A stretch of DNA of 64,000 nt from Botryllus schlosseri (GCA_051294905.1 CM119373.1:8680001-8744000), one strand, 5' to 3'. Shown: positions 37,780 to 49,460, counted from the first letter of the stretch. Numbers and translations are program-made. Notes: generated from the sequence alone by a model not told the origin.

Positions 37780-39752
37780 GGGTAAAATTGCTGGAAAGAC
37801 TTTACAAGAACTCCGTTAAGAATTGAAAAAACGTGGAGCAAAGACATCTGGCCGGAAAAGTCAACTATTGGAAAGGTAAGTAGGGCGTGTTGCTGCGGTA
37901 TGCGCACCACTATAATTAAGCTGGGTTTTATATAAACAATTGCAAGGCAGTCGGCCATCTGTGTGTCTGTCTCGTAGCAAATTTATGAGCTACTCCATTG
38001 TTGTTACATAGACTCGAAGCTTATGACCGAAACAAAGATTTCCGGGGACCTCAAATTATCTTGCCAGCACCAGACCCTGTGGAGTGGCCAAAAGAAGGAT
38101 TTAGCCAAATATGTGAGGATCACCAGCACTCAGTACCTCCAGTGAATAAGGATTTGATCGACGGATACTTCCGGTACAGAGTAGTTTCAGACAAATCATG
38201 CTGTGCAGATCTCAAAGGCATTGAGAAAGGGGCAAATCTTTTAGAAAGTGAAAGAGTAGTGGTGGCCAGCTTCGTTGAGAACAACCGCAAGTTTTTTGTC
38301 TCGGGCTTGGTGTGCGCAACCATGCGAAGTGATGTTAGTCATTGTGTTGGAATACTAATGAAGGGCCAAGAATACTTGGGTCTGTTTTTTTCAGCTCACC
38401 TATAATGTGAAAGTTGCAACTTCCAGAATAGTGCGTGTGAATGCCCAGCAGGAGCCGGTCTTCACAGTACGTACAAGCATGTTGCAGCCATTCTCTTAAT
38501 GCTTGCATGTTTCAAGGAGTCAGGCGCACTTAAGGTTGCGAACGGCTGTACTGACGCTCTTCAGACTTTGAACAGGCCTCGCAAGTTTCGTTTAGGTAAG
38601 ACAAGGATGATCAAAAACAGGTTTATTATCTAAGATTCAGAGTAGGTTATTTATATATATATATAATTTGATCAAAACTTAATGTAACAATTCTTGGATT
38701 TACAGCTTCCCCGGTTAAATGCCAAGACCTGTTGGTCCAAAAGAACGATGAGGATCCACGACCTTCGAAATTTCAAAACTGGCCTGGCTACAATGATTAT
38801 GTCAGAAATCAAGTCATTGGTTTCTGCTTTTCTTCTGGCAAAGACCTTCCGATGCGGCACATGTACGAAAAAGCAGATTTGTTTGAAGCCACTCATGATC
38901 ATAATTATTTTGGTATTGACTGGAGGCAGTACTGGGTGGACTATTCTTTAAAGGTGGGATGCTTCTTTTCCTAGTAGGCCTAGTGGTAGTTGTTCGTAAC
39001 CATGTACTTCCATTGCACCTCATCATCACTCTGCACCACTGTAGACTGTTTCTTTTTAATGAAATTGTCTATTTTGTTCCCAGATTACAGAAAAAGAAGC
39101 CGAACAGATTCAGTCTGCTACAAGACAACAAAGCCACAGCAGTTAGTGGTTTCGTCACAGAGAATGGCGATTAATAGCAAGTCACTTCGGCACCATTCTC
39201 CATCTAACAGCCCCACGTGATCTCCATTCCCTGTGTAACACCATCCTTAATCCCCAAAAACTCAATGTTCAGCCAATTATTGATGGAAAGACCTATGAGC
39301 CAATAGCGAGGCGGGCATTTGAGGAGATGTGTGTTACTGTAGACTCGTCAGGTCTCTGGATATTGCCATCGTTTCCCAACCTTGGGGCTACTCCAGATGG
39401 GTTAGTAGGGTCTACCCACACCATACAAATAAAATGCCCATACACTGCCCGTGAAAACCATATTGCACCAGGGAAGGGCTTCTCATTCCTCGAGTTCAGG
39501 TCTGATGGGAGAATGGCATTACGTAGGTCGCACCCATACTACTTTCAGGTACAAGGAGGCCTGGCACTAAGCAAGAGGGATGCTTGCTACTTCATTGTGT
39601 ATACCCCCTGTAATGGAAAACCGTGCATATTGATCGAGGAAGTGCAGTATGATGACAAATTTTGGAAGGAGTACCTTTTGCCTAAGCTCAGAGACTTTTA
39701 CTTCAACCACTTTCGGGGATACATTGCTGCAAACGCTGCAGCACTGAATTAA
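37780..39752 (+). pseudogene. ISL2EU-type transposon accessory gene: SAP - SWIM - YqaJ (lambda-exonuclease-like) nuclease, 5 exons, copy 1
   Basis: SAP-like LQELR.ELKKRGAKTSGRKSQLLER. GT-AG introns at 37876-38011, 38334-38394, 38596-38705 and 38954-39083. SWIM CECPAGAG..ST.KHVAA. YqaJ RL.ASHFG, GATPDG and IKCPY. Stops and frameshifts present. Tail-to-tail with a DDE_Tnp_4 transposase. Confidence 0.8.
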
Positions 39753-40173
39753 TGCCAAATTTCATCTACTTCCAATGCTAATTGTTCTTTGTATAAAAGT
39801 TTCTGTAATTATACAGCAAATTCTCAGGCCTCAACTCTAGAAACAGTATGACTATAGTAATTGCGGCAACTTGATCAGAAGTGGGCTGGCATATACAACT
39901 GTAAGGGCTTCTGGGTAATCGGCACAACCCGGAGAGCATAATCATATATAATATAGCCTGGACTTTCTTGCGCGCATTCATACTCCCAAGGAATCAAAAA
40001 TTCATTTTTTTTGCAAGGAGGGTATCAGAATACAGAAGTACACAGTCATACCACAATGGCTCACCTCGGTTAGTCCTGAAAAATTAAAGCAAAATATGTA
40101 ACTATAAGCTACATACCATCAAATGGTAGAAGAAACTTCCGTCATAACAAAACACAGCCTAATATTTATAAAT

Positions 40174-40970
40174 CTATGCGTATTTGTCAACTATACGCCT
40201 ACGGAAGTTCCTTATCATGAAGCACACGAAAATCAGTTTGTGTCCGATGCCAACTTTGTTCCATTGAAGTTCATTCTTTAAAATTTTGTAGGTGTTACTT
40301 AGACCTATGATGCGCTCGATGTGTATCCTTTTCGAGGCAACTCGGCGGTCGTGAATTAATACTTCCTCATCAAATTGGTTTTTGTCCCCAAGCAAATGTG
40401 GAGTTACAAAGACGTCCCGATTTGCAAATAAATCCTGCACCAATAATCCACGATCAGCCATGATGCTGTCCCGTCGCTGGAGCTTGCTTTAATCTGTCAT
40501 TAGCACAGATCTCTCCATAATTTGTCTATCGGTCGTCCTACCACCATAAGTATCGGACACATAAGAGACAAGGCCGTAGGGAGAACAGCCAATGATGGTT
40601 TTCAAGGTGTTGCGGTTCTTATGAGAAGAACATGTGGCTGATTGTGCGTTCACATTAGAGGGCTTTTCAATGGGAACTTCGATCGCATCTAATATTACTC
40701 CCGTAGAAGGAAAATTCTTGCTAAAATCTTGTGGCATGTGTTCTTGCGTCAGCTCATACGATGGCCAGGTGTTCAACTCTTTCAACTGGTGGTACGTGAA
40801 ATTGACCCACATGTTGAACAACTGACCTACTCGAACTTGGCTGATGTTGAATATGAGTGAAAGTTCAAAGTCGTCTTTTGCCTGGCGAAGTTTCATGTGA
40901 GTGAGATAGAGTTGCTCTTGGGGAGACAGACGGCTGCATTGAATTTTTAAGTAATGGGCAGCTGCAGCAG
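40174..40970 (-). pseudogene. ISL2EU-type (DDE_Tnp_4/HTH_Tnp_4) transposase, N-terminally truncated, copy 1
   Basis: LSPQEQLYLTHMKLRQ, VILDAIEVPIEKP, KNRNTLK, MADRG and HIERIIG. One nonsense change at about 40490. Confidence 0.85.
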
Positions 40971-43965
40971 TGCTTGCCAGTTCGGGCACATCTAAGCCGC
41001 CTTTCTTCGCGGACGTATGAAAGAACGGTATCGCCGTGTCTTTCGGTAGGTGCAACCACTTCCTAATTTTAGCCCGTATTTTCAAATCGAACACCTTTAG
41101 TAGGCTTGGCTTTACGTTTCCCAACGTTCCCCCGTAGATTAGTCTGGGGATTAGGTGTTTCCTGAGCAGAAACATCTTTTGCTAAGGTTTCAACGGGGAC
41201 TCAGTTATTTCTTTTTAAGTCCTCTTTCCAATATATGCCCAATCGATGACAGAGCGCCACCTCTTGATGACACACGACGAAATCTCAGTGTAGAAAGAGT
41301 GTGAACTTCATCTCTGGACTGCCTGTCAATGTTGCACGGACTTGACACAACAGCCTGTGGACGCGAGGAGTCATTCGCATCAATACTGCTCCCTTTGGAA
41401 GAGCCTTGGACTTCTTGGACTGGACTTGCAGTGCCCAGATACTTGAAGGTTTCATTGATATGAAATCTTGCTCGTCCACTCCGAAGGTGGTATCCAAGTC
41501 GACAAAGGTTCGCCGACGTTTGCCGTCTACTCTGAAGGTGAGCGATCTGCACTTTAGTGCGTTAGCATTCAAACCTGATTCTTTGAGGCTCGAAAGTAGC
41601 GTCGTCAACTGCCTCTCCATGCCTTCTGGGGTTTCGGTTTATAAGGCTATATCGTCCGCCAAACCCAGTGCGGATATCGTTTTTCCATTGATTCTCGGGC
41701 CCATAACGGCCAGCTCGCAGAAAGCTTCATCGAGTACTGCGTTGAATAGAATCGGTGACATTGGGTCACCTTGTCGGACTCCTCCCGAAACGGTGATATT
41801 ACACCCGTAGAGATTGGTAGTTGCCTCTTGATAGCAACTTTCGATGTATCTTGTGATGGGCTCAGGAGTCCCCAATCTTTTCGCCGCTCTCAGTATGCTT
41901 TCATGTTTTACGGAATCGAAAGCTTTTTTGAGGTCAAGGAAGACCACACATAGTCCTTGATTCCTTTTCCTCGCTTGCGCGATCACAGCGTCAAGCATAG
42001 TAATATTTTCCCCACAGCCATCTGTCGGCATGAAGGCACGCTGGATATTGTTCAGCTTGAAGCTGTCGCTTAATCGCTGTGCCATTATTTTATGAAATGT
42101 CCTTACCAGAATAGAGCCAATCGTTATTGGCCGGTATTGCCCCGGCTTCCTTGGGTTGATGACTTTTGGAATCAGCACCGTTCTTGCCTGTTGTAGGTGC
42201 TTAGGCAGACAACCGCCAAGGAGCCAAAGGCTAAAAAGTTTGATTAGGCAGGTAGTTCTTAACCGCTTAACTGCCGCCAACTTGATTCCATCCGGCCCAG
42301 TTGCCGAAGGTCTTGAGGAGGTCAGCGCTCCTTCGATTTCCTCTTTGGAGATAGCTTGCAATAGTTCCCAATCCATAGGACGTTCATTCGCAATTGTCCT
42401 TTTATCGGAGCCCTTCTCGGTTTGCAATATGCTGCTCCAGAATTTGATAATGTCTTTGTGAGATGGTTCTCGATCAATTCTTCTGATTCTCCACCCACCA
42501 TTGATAACTAGCCCAGCGCAGGCTGTTCTGTCCTTTTTGTACAGTTCTTGTAACTTAGCGTATTGTTCCCTTTTCAATTTCTTAGTCGTCGACCGCCCCG
42601 TTTGGGCATGTTGATGCTGAGGTCGCGCCTTCCACTTCCGGATAGGGCAACTTCGGCCCAGTCTCTTTGCGAAACTTTTCGCGTGCGTTTCCAGTGCCGC
42701 AATGAGTTCATCCCCGGTAATTCGTTCAGTAATTAGCCGGTCAGATAGGCTTCGTCTCCAATGTCCTTCTCCGATGATAACGTTGTAGGTTCGAGTTTTT
42801 CCAATTCGCATCTTAGCTTTATACACCAATTCAGTGCGTTGATGTATCTTGGTTCGTTTTCTGGCCTTGGAGATCCAGTTTCTTTCTTTTGCCGGCTCCG
42901 GGTGGACCGTCTAGGCCGCTGCATGCCTCTTAACCGACTTACCATTTCGGTGTATCTTGCCTTCTTTCTCTCGCATTTGATTGAGTCCAGCGATCTTCTG
43001 CCGCCTTTAAATGCCCTATGCAAGTCCTCGCTTGTCACTGCTCCCTGTTCATTTTCGAGGGATATTTCGGTCATAGCCAGGGCCTATTCTTCCTCTGGCT
43101 GCTATCGCCGCTTCCTTTTAGCAGATTTCGCCGTGGCCTCGGCGTGCAATATGACCGGATGCTGGGTTTTCTTATGTAACCCCAGTCCGGTTGCTGTAGT
43201 GAACATTCTGTCACAATGACTGCACGCATGAACAGAAGATCCCAATCGAGATGGTAATCGCGTGAGTTTGATTCTGGCTGCTTGCCAACCATGAGGAATG
43301 TGTCTCGGTAGCATTTCACAATCAAAGCAGATGAGTATTTTAACATATGCCGTATACTATATCTGCAAAAAGGAAGTCCGTGTTATATTCGTTCCGATTC
43401 CTTCATTTGGTTTCCCTTAAGCGGGATACTTGTCCGAGGGGTGTATCTATGTCCCTCATCGTGGGCTCAGCCTCACGACCCGCTGCCCCTTAAGCGGGAT
43501 AAGTCCACCTTGCTTGTCTGTCCTTATCGCCATCATTTCCGGTCCCATTTGTCCAAGATGCCCCCGGCTTCACACGCTTCACATTGTACACAATATTGTC
43601 CTTTGTTGCGTTATATGACCTGACATGGCTTGCTCAGGGCCACTGTCGCGACGACCATTGCTGGCCGTCATATTGAATCTCGTTAACTTTTCGAGGGGTG
43701 TATCAAGTCCTCGACTTGCTCAATCTCACGACGCGCTGTCCCTTAAGCGGGATAGGTCCACATTGCTTGTCTGAACGTCTCACGACCCGCTGCCCCTTAA
43801 GCGGGATCAGCCCACATTGCTTGTCTGTTCGCTTGCCCAGCATTCTCAGTCCCATTTCCGAGATGCCCCTGGCTTCACACACATCACCTTGTACGCAATA
43901 TCGCCCTTGCTCGCTACGTGGTCTATTGCCTCACATAGCCTTGTATCTCTATCTGAGTAGACCGT
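40970..43965 (-). mobile_element. R2 non-LTR retrotransposon family A, copy 1 (5'UTR part, ZF-Myb-RT; 3' end lost)
   Basis: C2H2 CSHCDRMFTTATGLGLHKKTQH; Myb-like KRRxQPEEE...RSLDSIKC; RT motifs YRPITI, QRAF, LDLKKAFDSV, GVRQGDPMSP, LGLADD and FKYLG; thumb GGLDVP. Frameshifted. Confidence 0.88.
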
Positions 43966-43973
43966 CAGACCGT

Positions 43974-46900
43974 CAATCCCTCGAACCTTAGGCTGACCAA
44001 GCCTCGTGAGCACCTTCGACACGAACCGACCATGCCCTAGTGCACTCACCAAAGGTTCGATGGAGTCCTTCATCCGGGTAAGACGCGCTCTCTGCAAGAG
44101 GACTAGTCGAGACGCCAGGGAGGGCACTCCGAGACCACCATCCGTAACGTCGGCATGAATGAAGGCCACCGTCGTGTCCTTCGGAAGATGGAGCCATTTT
44201 CTCACATACCCTCGTACTCCAATGTCATATGTCGCCAGCATCCCGTGCGTGAGCCTCCCTGTGGAGCCACCGTAGATCAACTTGGGAATCTGATGGTTGC
44301 GTAACAAGTATAGCCTCTGTTGGGGCTTCAGGGGAGCCTCGTATAGCTCGCGCAGACCCCGGCGGAGAGTATCCCCCAGTGGTGCCCGGCAACCACCCGC
44401 GCCCACCTCCAGCCCCAGGGAACGGTAGCCTTCGTCCGCACCCAATGAAGGGACCGGCGCTCCAGAAATCCGCAACGCAGCTGCCACACCTACACAACTC
44501 CGCTTTCGCTTACCGTCTGCACGGATAAGCAAGGACCTGCATTTGGCCGCGTTTGCTTCCAGGCCGGTCGGGGCAAGGGCGTCGAAGAATCGCTTCAACT
44601 GCGCAAACATACCCAGCTCGGTCTCAGTCACTAGCGCGACGTCATCAGCGAACCCCAAAGCACTGACCAGGTGACCCTCGACGGTCGGACCAATAGGCTC
44701 TAGACTACACAAGGCCTCGTCGATCACCGCGTTGAACAACACCGGCGATAGGGGGTCGCCCTGCCGAACACCTCGCTTGACGACAATGCGCTCCCCGTAC
44801 AGGTCGGTCGCTGCCCCCTCATAGCAGCTGCTTATGCACTCCACGAGGGGCTCCGGAACTCCCATTCGTCTGACCGCCCTTAGAATGCTGTCGTGCTTGA
44901 CGGAATCGAACGCCTTCTTCAGGTCGAGAAAGACAACACACAGGTTGGACCCCTTGGTCTTGGCTTGAGTGATCGTCGCATCGAGCAGCGTCACATTTTC
45001 CGCGCAGCCGTCAGTAGGAAGAAAAGCCCGCTGCATGGGATTAAGCTTAAAGCTCATGCTGAGACGCTTAGCCAACAACTTGTGGAACACCCGAACTAGC
45101 ACCGGACCAATGGTAATCGGCCGGTACTCGCCAGGCGACTTTATCCTATTGACTTTTGGAACCAACACGGTTCGGGCTGAGCGGAGCGGCAAAGGCAGGG
45201 CACGGTTCAGGATCCAAAGGTTGAATAGCTTGACCAGGTAGTTCACGGATAGTTTCTTGACGCATCCGAGTGTCATCCCATCCGGGCCTGCTGCCGAAGG
45301 GCGAGAGGCTCGCAAAGCATAGGTCACCTCCTCTGCTGTCACCCGGGATAACAGATCCCAGTCGACGGGCCCTTTCGGGGTCGCCTGTCTATCATCCGCT
45401 CCAGCCTCGACACTCATTATCCTGCGCCAGAAAGCGATCATCTCTGACCAGGACGGTTGCCCAAGGGCCCCCGAACTCCGCCAACTACCCCCCAGGACTA
45501 AGCTCGCGCACGACTTCCTAGACTTGGCGTACAAGCGTTGTACCACCGCGTACCTATCCCTTCGTAGGGATCGCTCCGATCGGAATCCCCCTCACGGGGG
45601 TTTCACAACAGTCCAGGAGTTCGATGGGGTGCTGATCCCGAGGCGATCTACCAGACCACCAGCGTGCGCCGTTAGTGCTTCCGCCAGGGCCGCCCCCAAG
45701 GAGCGTTCAGCAATTAACTGATCCAGGAAGCCTTCCTCTCCAGGGTCCACGGAATCCAAGGGATCCCGAGGCTCCAGCGGGGATAGGGTCTGCTCTGTTC
45801 TAAGTTGAGAGCCCTCTCAAAGATTTTGTAGTCAATCTTCCTGCCAGAAGATTTGAGGTGCAGCTCCGCACCGCCCAGAACTCGCTCCTCTTCCAGGCAC
45901 CACTGCCGCCTTTTGGTCGCGATTTTCGCAATCGCTTCCGCCGCAAACGCCACCGAGTGACTCCGTTTGCGGTGTTGCCCTCTGCCTTGGGGCGAACTGA
46001 ATGGACCGGACCGGTCACAGGTCCCACACGGGAATCTATTCCGAGATCCACCCCCTGGGGTACAGCTCCCTGGAGTCTCATCGGCCATCGCTAACTTCTT
46101 GATACTTGCTGTACTTCTTCTTCGCTGAACTTCGCTTTCTCGTCTTTGAATAGTCTCACAGTCACAGATACAACTAGCTAGAGCACTGCAAAGGAGAGAA
46201 TACTCGGTTAGTATCCGGCGTCAGGAGACGATCAGCAGGGACAGCCATCAACCCCTAGTGGTCTGCACCGTTGGAACCAGGGACCCACCCCTTGCGGACC
46301 TTTCGCAGTGAGTGGTCCCTCCGGAACCAGGTCGGCCCTTAGGGGCAGATAGGTTGGGGGAGGTCTCAGGAGTTTGCGCACTGGGCCGTCCCTCCTTCGA
46401 CTAAAGGGCGTTCCAGGTAGAACCCTCCTTTCTGCAACAGTTAACCGGTGTTTAGCCGGAACCCAAGCCGAGTGGCAGGGACTACTAGGCAGAGGAACTA
46501 CCCAAATTTAAGCAACAGTTTGCTAAGGGGGGCTTTTCAGGGCCCTACCTTCGGGTCCTAACGCTGGGTGTTAGAGGACAGACCTAGAGACGTTTGGTCT
46601 GGCCCAAAGACGAGGCTAGTGACCGAGATGCAGGCGTCCTTATGGAGTGCACGTACGTTAACACATAACCAAGGGTAGGCGACCATCACCAAAAGCCGAC
46701 CTGCCAGTTATCTCTTCAAGCCACACCGCCGCTATTCTCGTTCACTGAACGTCCACACTCGGACCACTATAAGCTTTCTTGCCTTGGGGGGTCTTCTATC
46801 CGATGTACCTCATGGCGTTTGACTGGTGTAGGGTCACTATCAGCCAAGTCCCGCCGTCAGCAGTACACCGGGTAAGCTCGCCCTTCCTAGGGCGCCGGAC

Positions 46901-47069
46901 CTTTGGGGAGGCCGGCATAATCACGAGGCAATTTATGCGTTTTGTGGAGCTATAGCAGCCTCCGGCTTGTCCCTTGTCCGTTTCGCCCGTTCTATGTTCC
47001 GCCTATTGGAGGGTCCGTTACTCGCAGCGAGCATGGAACCCCAGGGTCCGGCTTACGCAGGTCTCCAAC
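43974..47069 (-). mobile_element. R2 family B, copy 1: 5' end at the 28S target through RT/thumb; endonuclease deleted
   Basis: 5' junction directly after 28S ...TAACTATGACACTCTTA. About 980-nt 5'UTR. ZF CGTCDRSGPFSSPQGRGQHRKRSH plus Myb KRRQWCLEEE. 566-aa RT ORF (43846-45546) with QGDPLSP and LGFADD. Confidence 0.92.
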
Positions 47070-47551
47070 TAAGAGTGTCATAGTTACTCCTGCCGTTTAC
47101 CCGCGCTTGGTTGAATTTCTTCACTACCCGCGCTTGGTTGAATTTCTTCACTATGACATTCAGAACACTGGGCAGAAATCACGTAGCGTCAACACCGGGT
47201 TGCGACCGTCGCTACGCTTTGTTTTTATTAAACAGTCCGATTCCCCGGGTCCGTACCAGTTCTAAGTCGGCCGCTCGACGCCGGCCGAGGCGGGTCTCGC
47301 GACCCGCGCAGGTCAGACACCTGCGTTACTCTTTTACAGATGTACCGCCCCAGTCAAACTCCCCGCCTGACACTGTCTTCAGAGCGGATTGCCCGCGGCT
47401 CCGAGGCCGCGGGCTTGAGACCAAAATCGTACGCCGGCTTCGCGCCGGCTCGGTCCGTCTCACTGAATAAGCGAAAAAACCACCAGAGTAGTGGTATTTC
47501 ACCGGCGGCACCTCCCACTTATCCTACGCCTCTCGTGTCTCTTCACAAAGT

Positions 47552-47592
<41 letters not shown>

Positions 47593-47640
47593 ATTCCGCC
47601 AAGTCCGTTCCCTTGGCTGTGGTTTCGCCAGATAGCAGAC

Positions 47641-47672
<32 letters not shown>

Positions 47673-47675
47673 CCA

Positions 47676-47707
<32 letters not shown>
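47070..47707 (-). rRNA. 28S rRNA fragments flanking the R2 target site, permuted (pseudogenic)
   Basis: TAGCCAAATGCCTCGTCATCTAATTAG...GAGTTTGACTGGGGCGGTACA...AACGCAGGTGTC (downstream of the target) is joined to ...GACTTAGAACTGG...GGGTAAACGGCAGGAGTAACTATGAC (upstream of the target). A 27-bp tandem duplication lies at 47098-47151. Confidence 0.95.
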
Positions 47708-48716
47708 TTTCGAACATTTATTGCCGTTATATAAACCTAGTGCAGATAGTCACAGTGCTGCGCTAGTTGGGTCGCAGGCCCCCCTGTCACACACTCTAGT
47801 CCTACCGCTCGTAGGCCTACCGCTTTTTAGGCCTAAAATAGGCCTATCGCGACGCGCAAAATAATGTTTTCACTTTTTAGGCACCGTTGGGCCGGGTTCA
47901 AGTTTAACCAGTCTCTTCGTTGCACCTTCAGGTCCGTCGGCACCGTCTTTCAGATGCGTCATCGTTAACGTCTTCTTCCTCTTCGGCTTCGCGACCGTTA
48001 GGGTTAGCATCGAACGGCCGACTTAGAACTGGTACGGACCCGGGGAATCGGACTGTTTAATAAAAACAAAGCGTAGCGACGGTCGCAACCCGGTGTTGAC
48101 GCTACGTGATTTCTGCCCAGTGCTCTGAATGTCATAGTGAAGAAATTCAACCAAGCGCGGGTAAACAGCGGCGGACACGGCCTGCAATTCATACGTTGCT
48201 GCATGCACTTTTGCGATCAGCTCTTCGGCGCTTTTGATAGACCATGCGCCACGCCAGTTCAAGACGATTCCAATCGCCTCTGCACTCTTTACTGTCGCAC
48301 GAGTGGTCACCCACTCTAGGACTTCTTCACCACCGTATTTGGCTTTCTTCGCTTCGAATTCGCAGTTGAGGTCTGCGTTGTCGGCAACTATAGTTACATC
48401 AGCAACTATAGCGGAGTCCGTGTTCTTATCAATAAGGACTAGATCCGGTTTCAGGAGACCTTTGTCGGTCTTGATCTTAGGTTCCCACCAGATCTCTTTA
48501 CCTTCTTCTTCTGCAATTCTCACCACATGCCGTGCAACCTTGTTTTGCCGGCGGGTCCTTTCAGCATGTGTCCGGGGGGCATAATTGCAAAATATGCCCC
48601 AACGCCCCGAATCTTCCGCAGGCTTCACACGCTGTGTTCTTTTCAGGTCTCCATCTCGCCGTTCTTGCGGGCGTCGTCATCAGGTTTCCTCGGATCTTAA
48701 TAGCGCCGATGTAATT
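47708..48716 (-). mobile_element. R2 3' fragment (family C; could be the missing 3' end of family A): CCHC + restriction-like endonuclease + 3'UTR
   Basis: AIKIRGNL, CEACGRFGALGHILQLC, R(Q)NKV, EP...KPDLV...DVTIV...K..KY and NWRGAW. The 3' end AATAAATGTTCGAAA joins precisely to 28S TAGCC, the canonical R2 site. Confidence 0.92.
48015..48170 (+). rRNA. Inverted 28S rRNA fragment (upstream-of-target segment) embedded in R2-C
   Basis: CGGCCGACTTAGAACTGG...GAAGAAATTCAACCAAGCGCGGGTAAAC in sense orientation on +, nearly identical to the reverse complement of 47098-47276. Confidence 0.93.
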
Positions 48717-49460
48717 ACGCCCGTTGAGAGTATTCTGGTATATCCAGCACGCCCGTTGAGAGTATTCTGGTATATCCAGCTATAGAAATGGCAAGAAAAC
48801 ATGGATTGAGGATTCTTACATTTCCGCCGCATTGCAGCCACAGATTACAGCCTCTTGATATAGGAGTGTATGGGCCATTTAAAAAATACTATTCATCAAT
48901 TTGTGACTACTGGATGTCAACTAATCCCGGTAAGAGCCTGAAGATATATATGATGCTGCTGGGCTCTCAGGACAGGCATTTGTAAAATCATTCACAATGG
49001 ACAACATTAATTATTCCTTCAAGTCAAGTGATATACACCCCTACAATCCATGCATATTTGGTGATGACTCATTTCTGCCTGCAAGTGTTACAGACAGGCC
49101 CCTGCAAGTGTTACAGACAGGCCCATTTCCACAGACTATGGCATAGAATCCGGGACGGGTATCGAGCCGATATCGATACGCCAAGAAAATGTCGAAGTAG
49201 CAAGTCCGTTGACTCTGAATTCACTGGTAAACTTGGATCATGGTGAATCGGACGAACCCTCATCTTCATTCAGCTTTGGCAGCCCAATCTATGCATCAAG
49301 TCCAGCATGCTCCGATTTGAGTCAAATATCATCTGACATAAGTACAGCGCTACAGCATGTTTCACCCTATCCCAAGACTAATACCGTGAGGAGGCCTTCA
49401 AATAGGAAAAGGCGCAAATCTGCTGTCATAACCGATACTCCCGAGACAGATATCTTAGAG

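Noticed and set aside
41406-43219. Plus-strand ORFs of 100-150 aa (also 44893-46094, 58214-60027, 61069-61557)
   Set aside because: These are antisense shadows of R2 coding sequence.
46942-47663. ORFs of 105-120 aa over the 28S fragment
   Set aside because: These are antisense or sense readings of GC-rich rRNA, not proteins.
47070-47707. Functional rDNA unit
   Set aside because: Only about 640 bp of permuted 28S; no 18S, ITS or 5.8S anywhere in the window.
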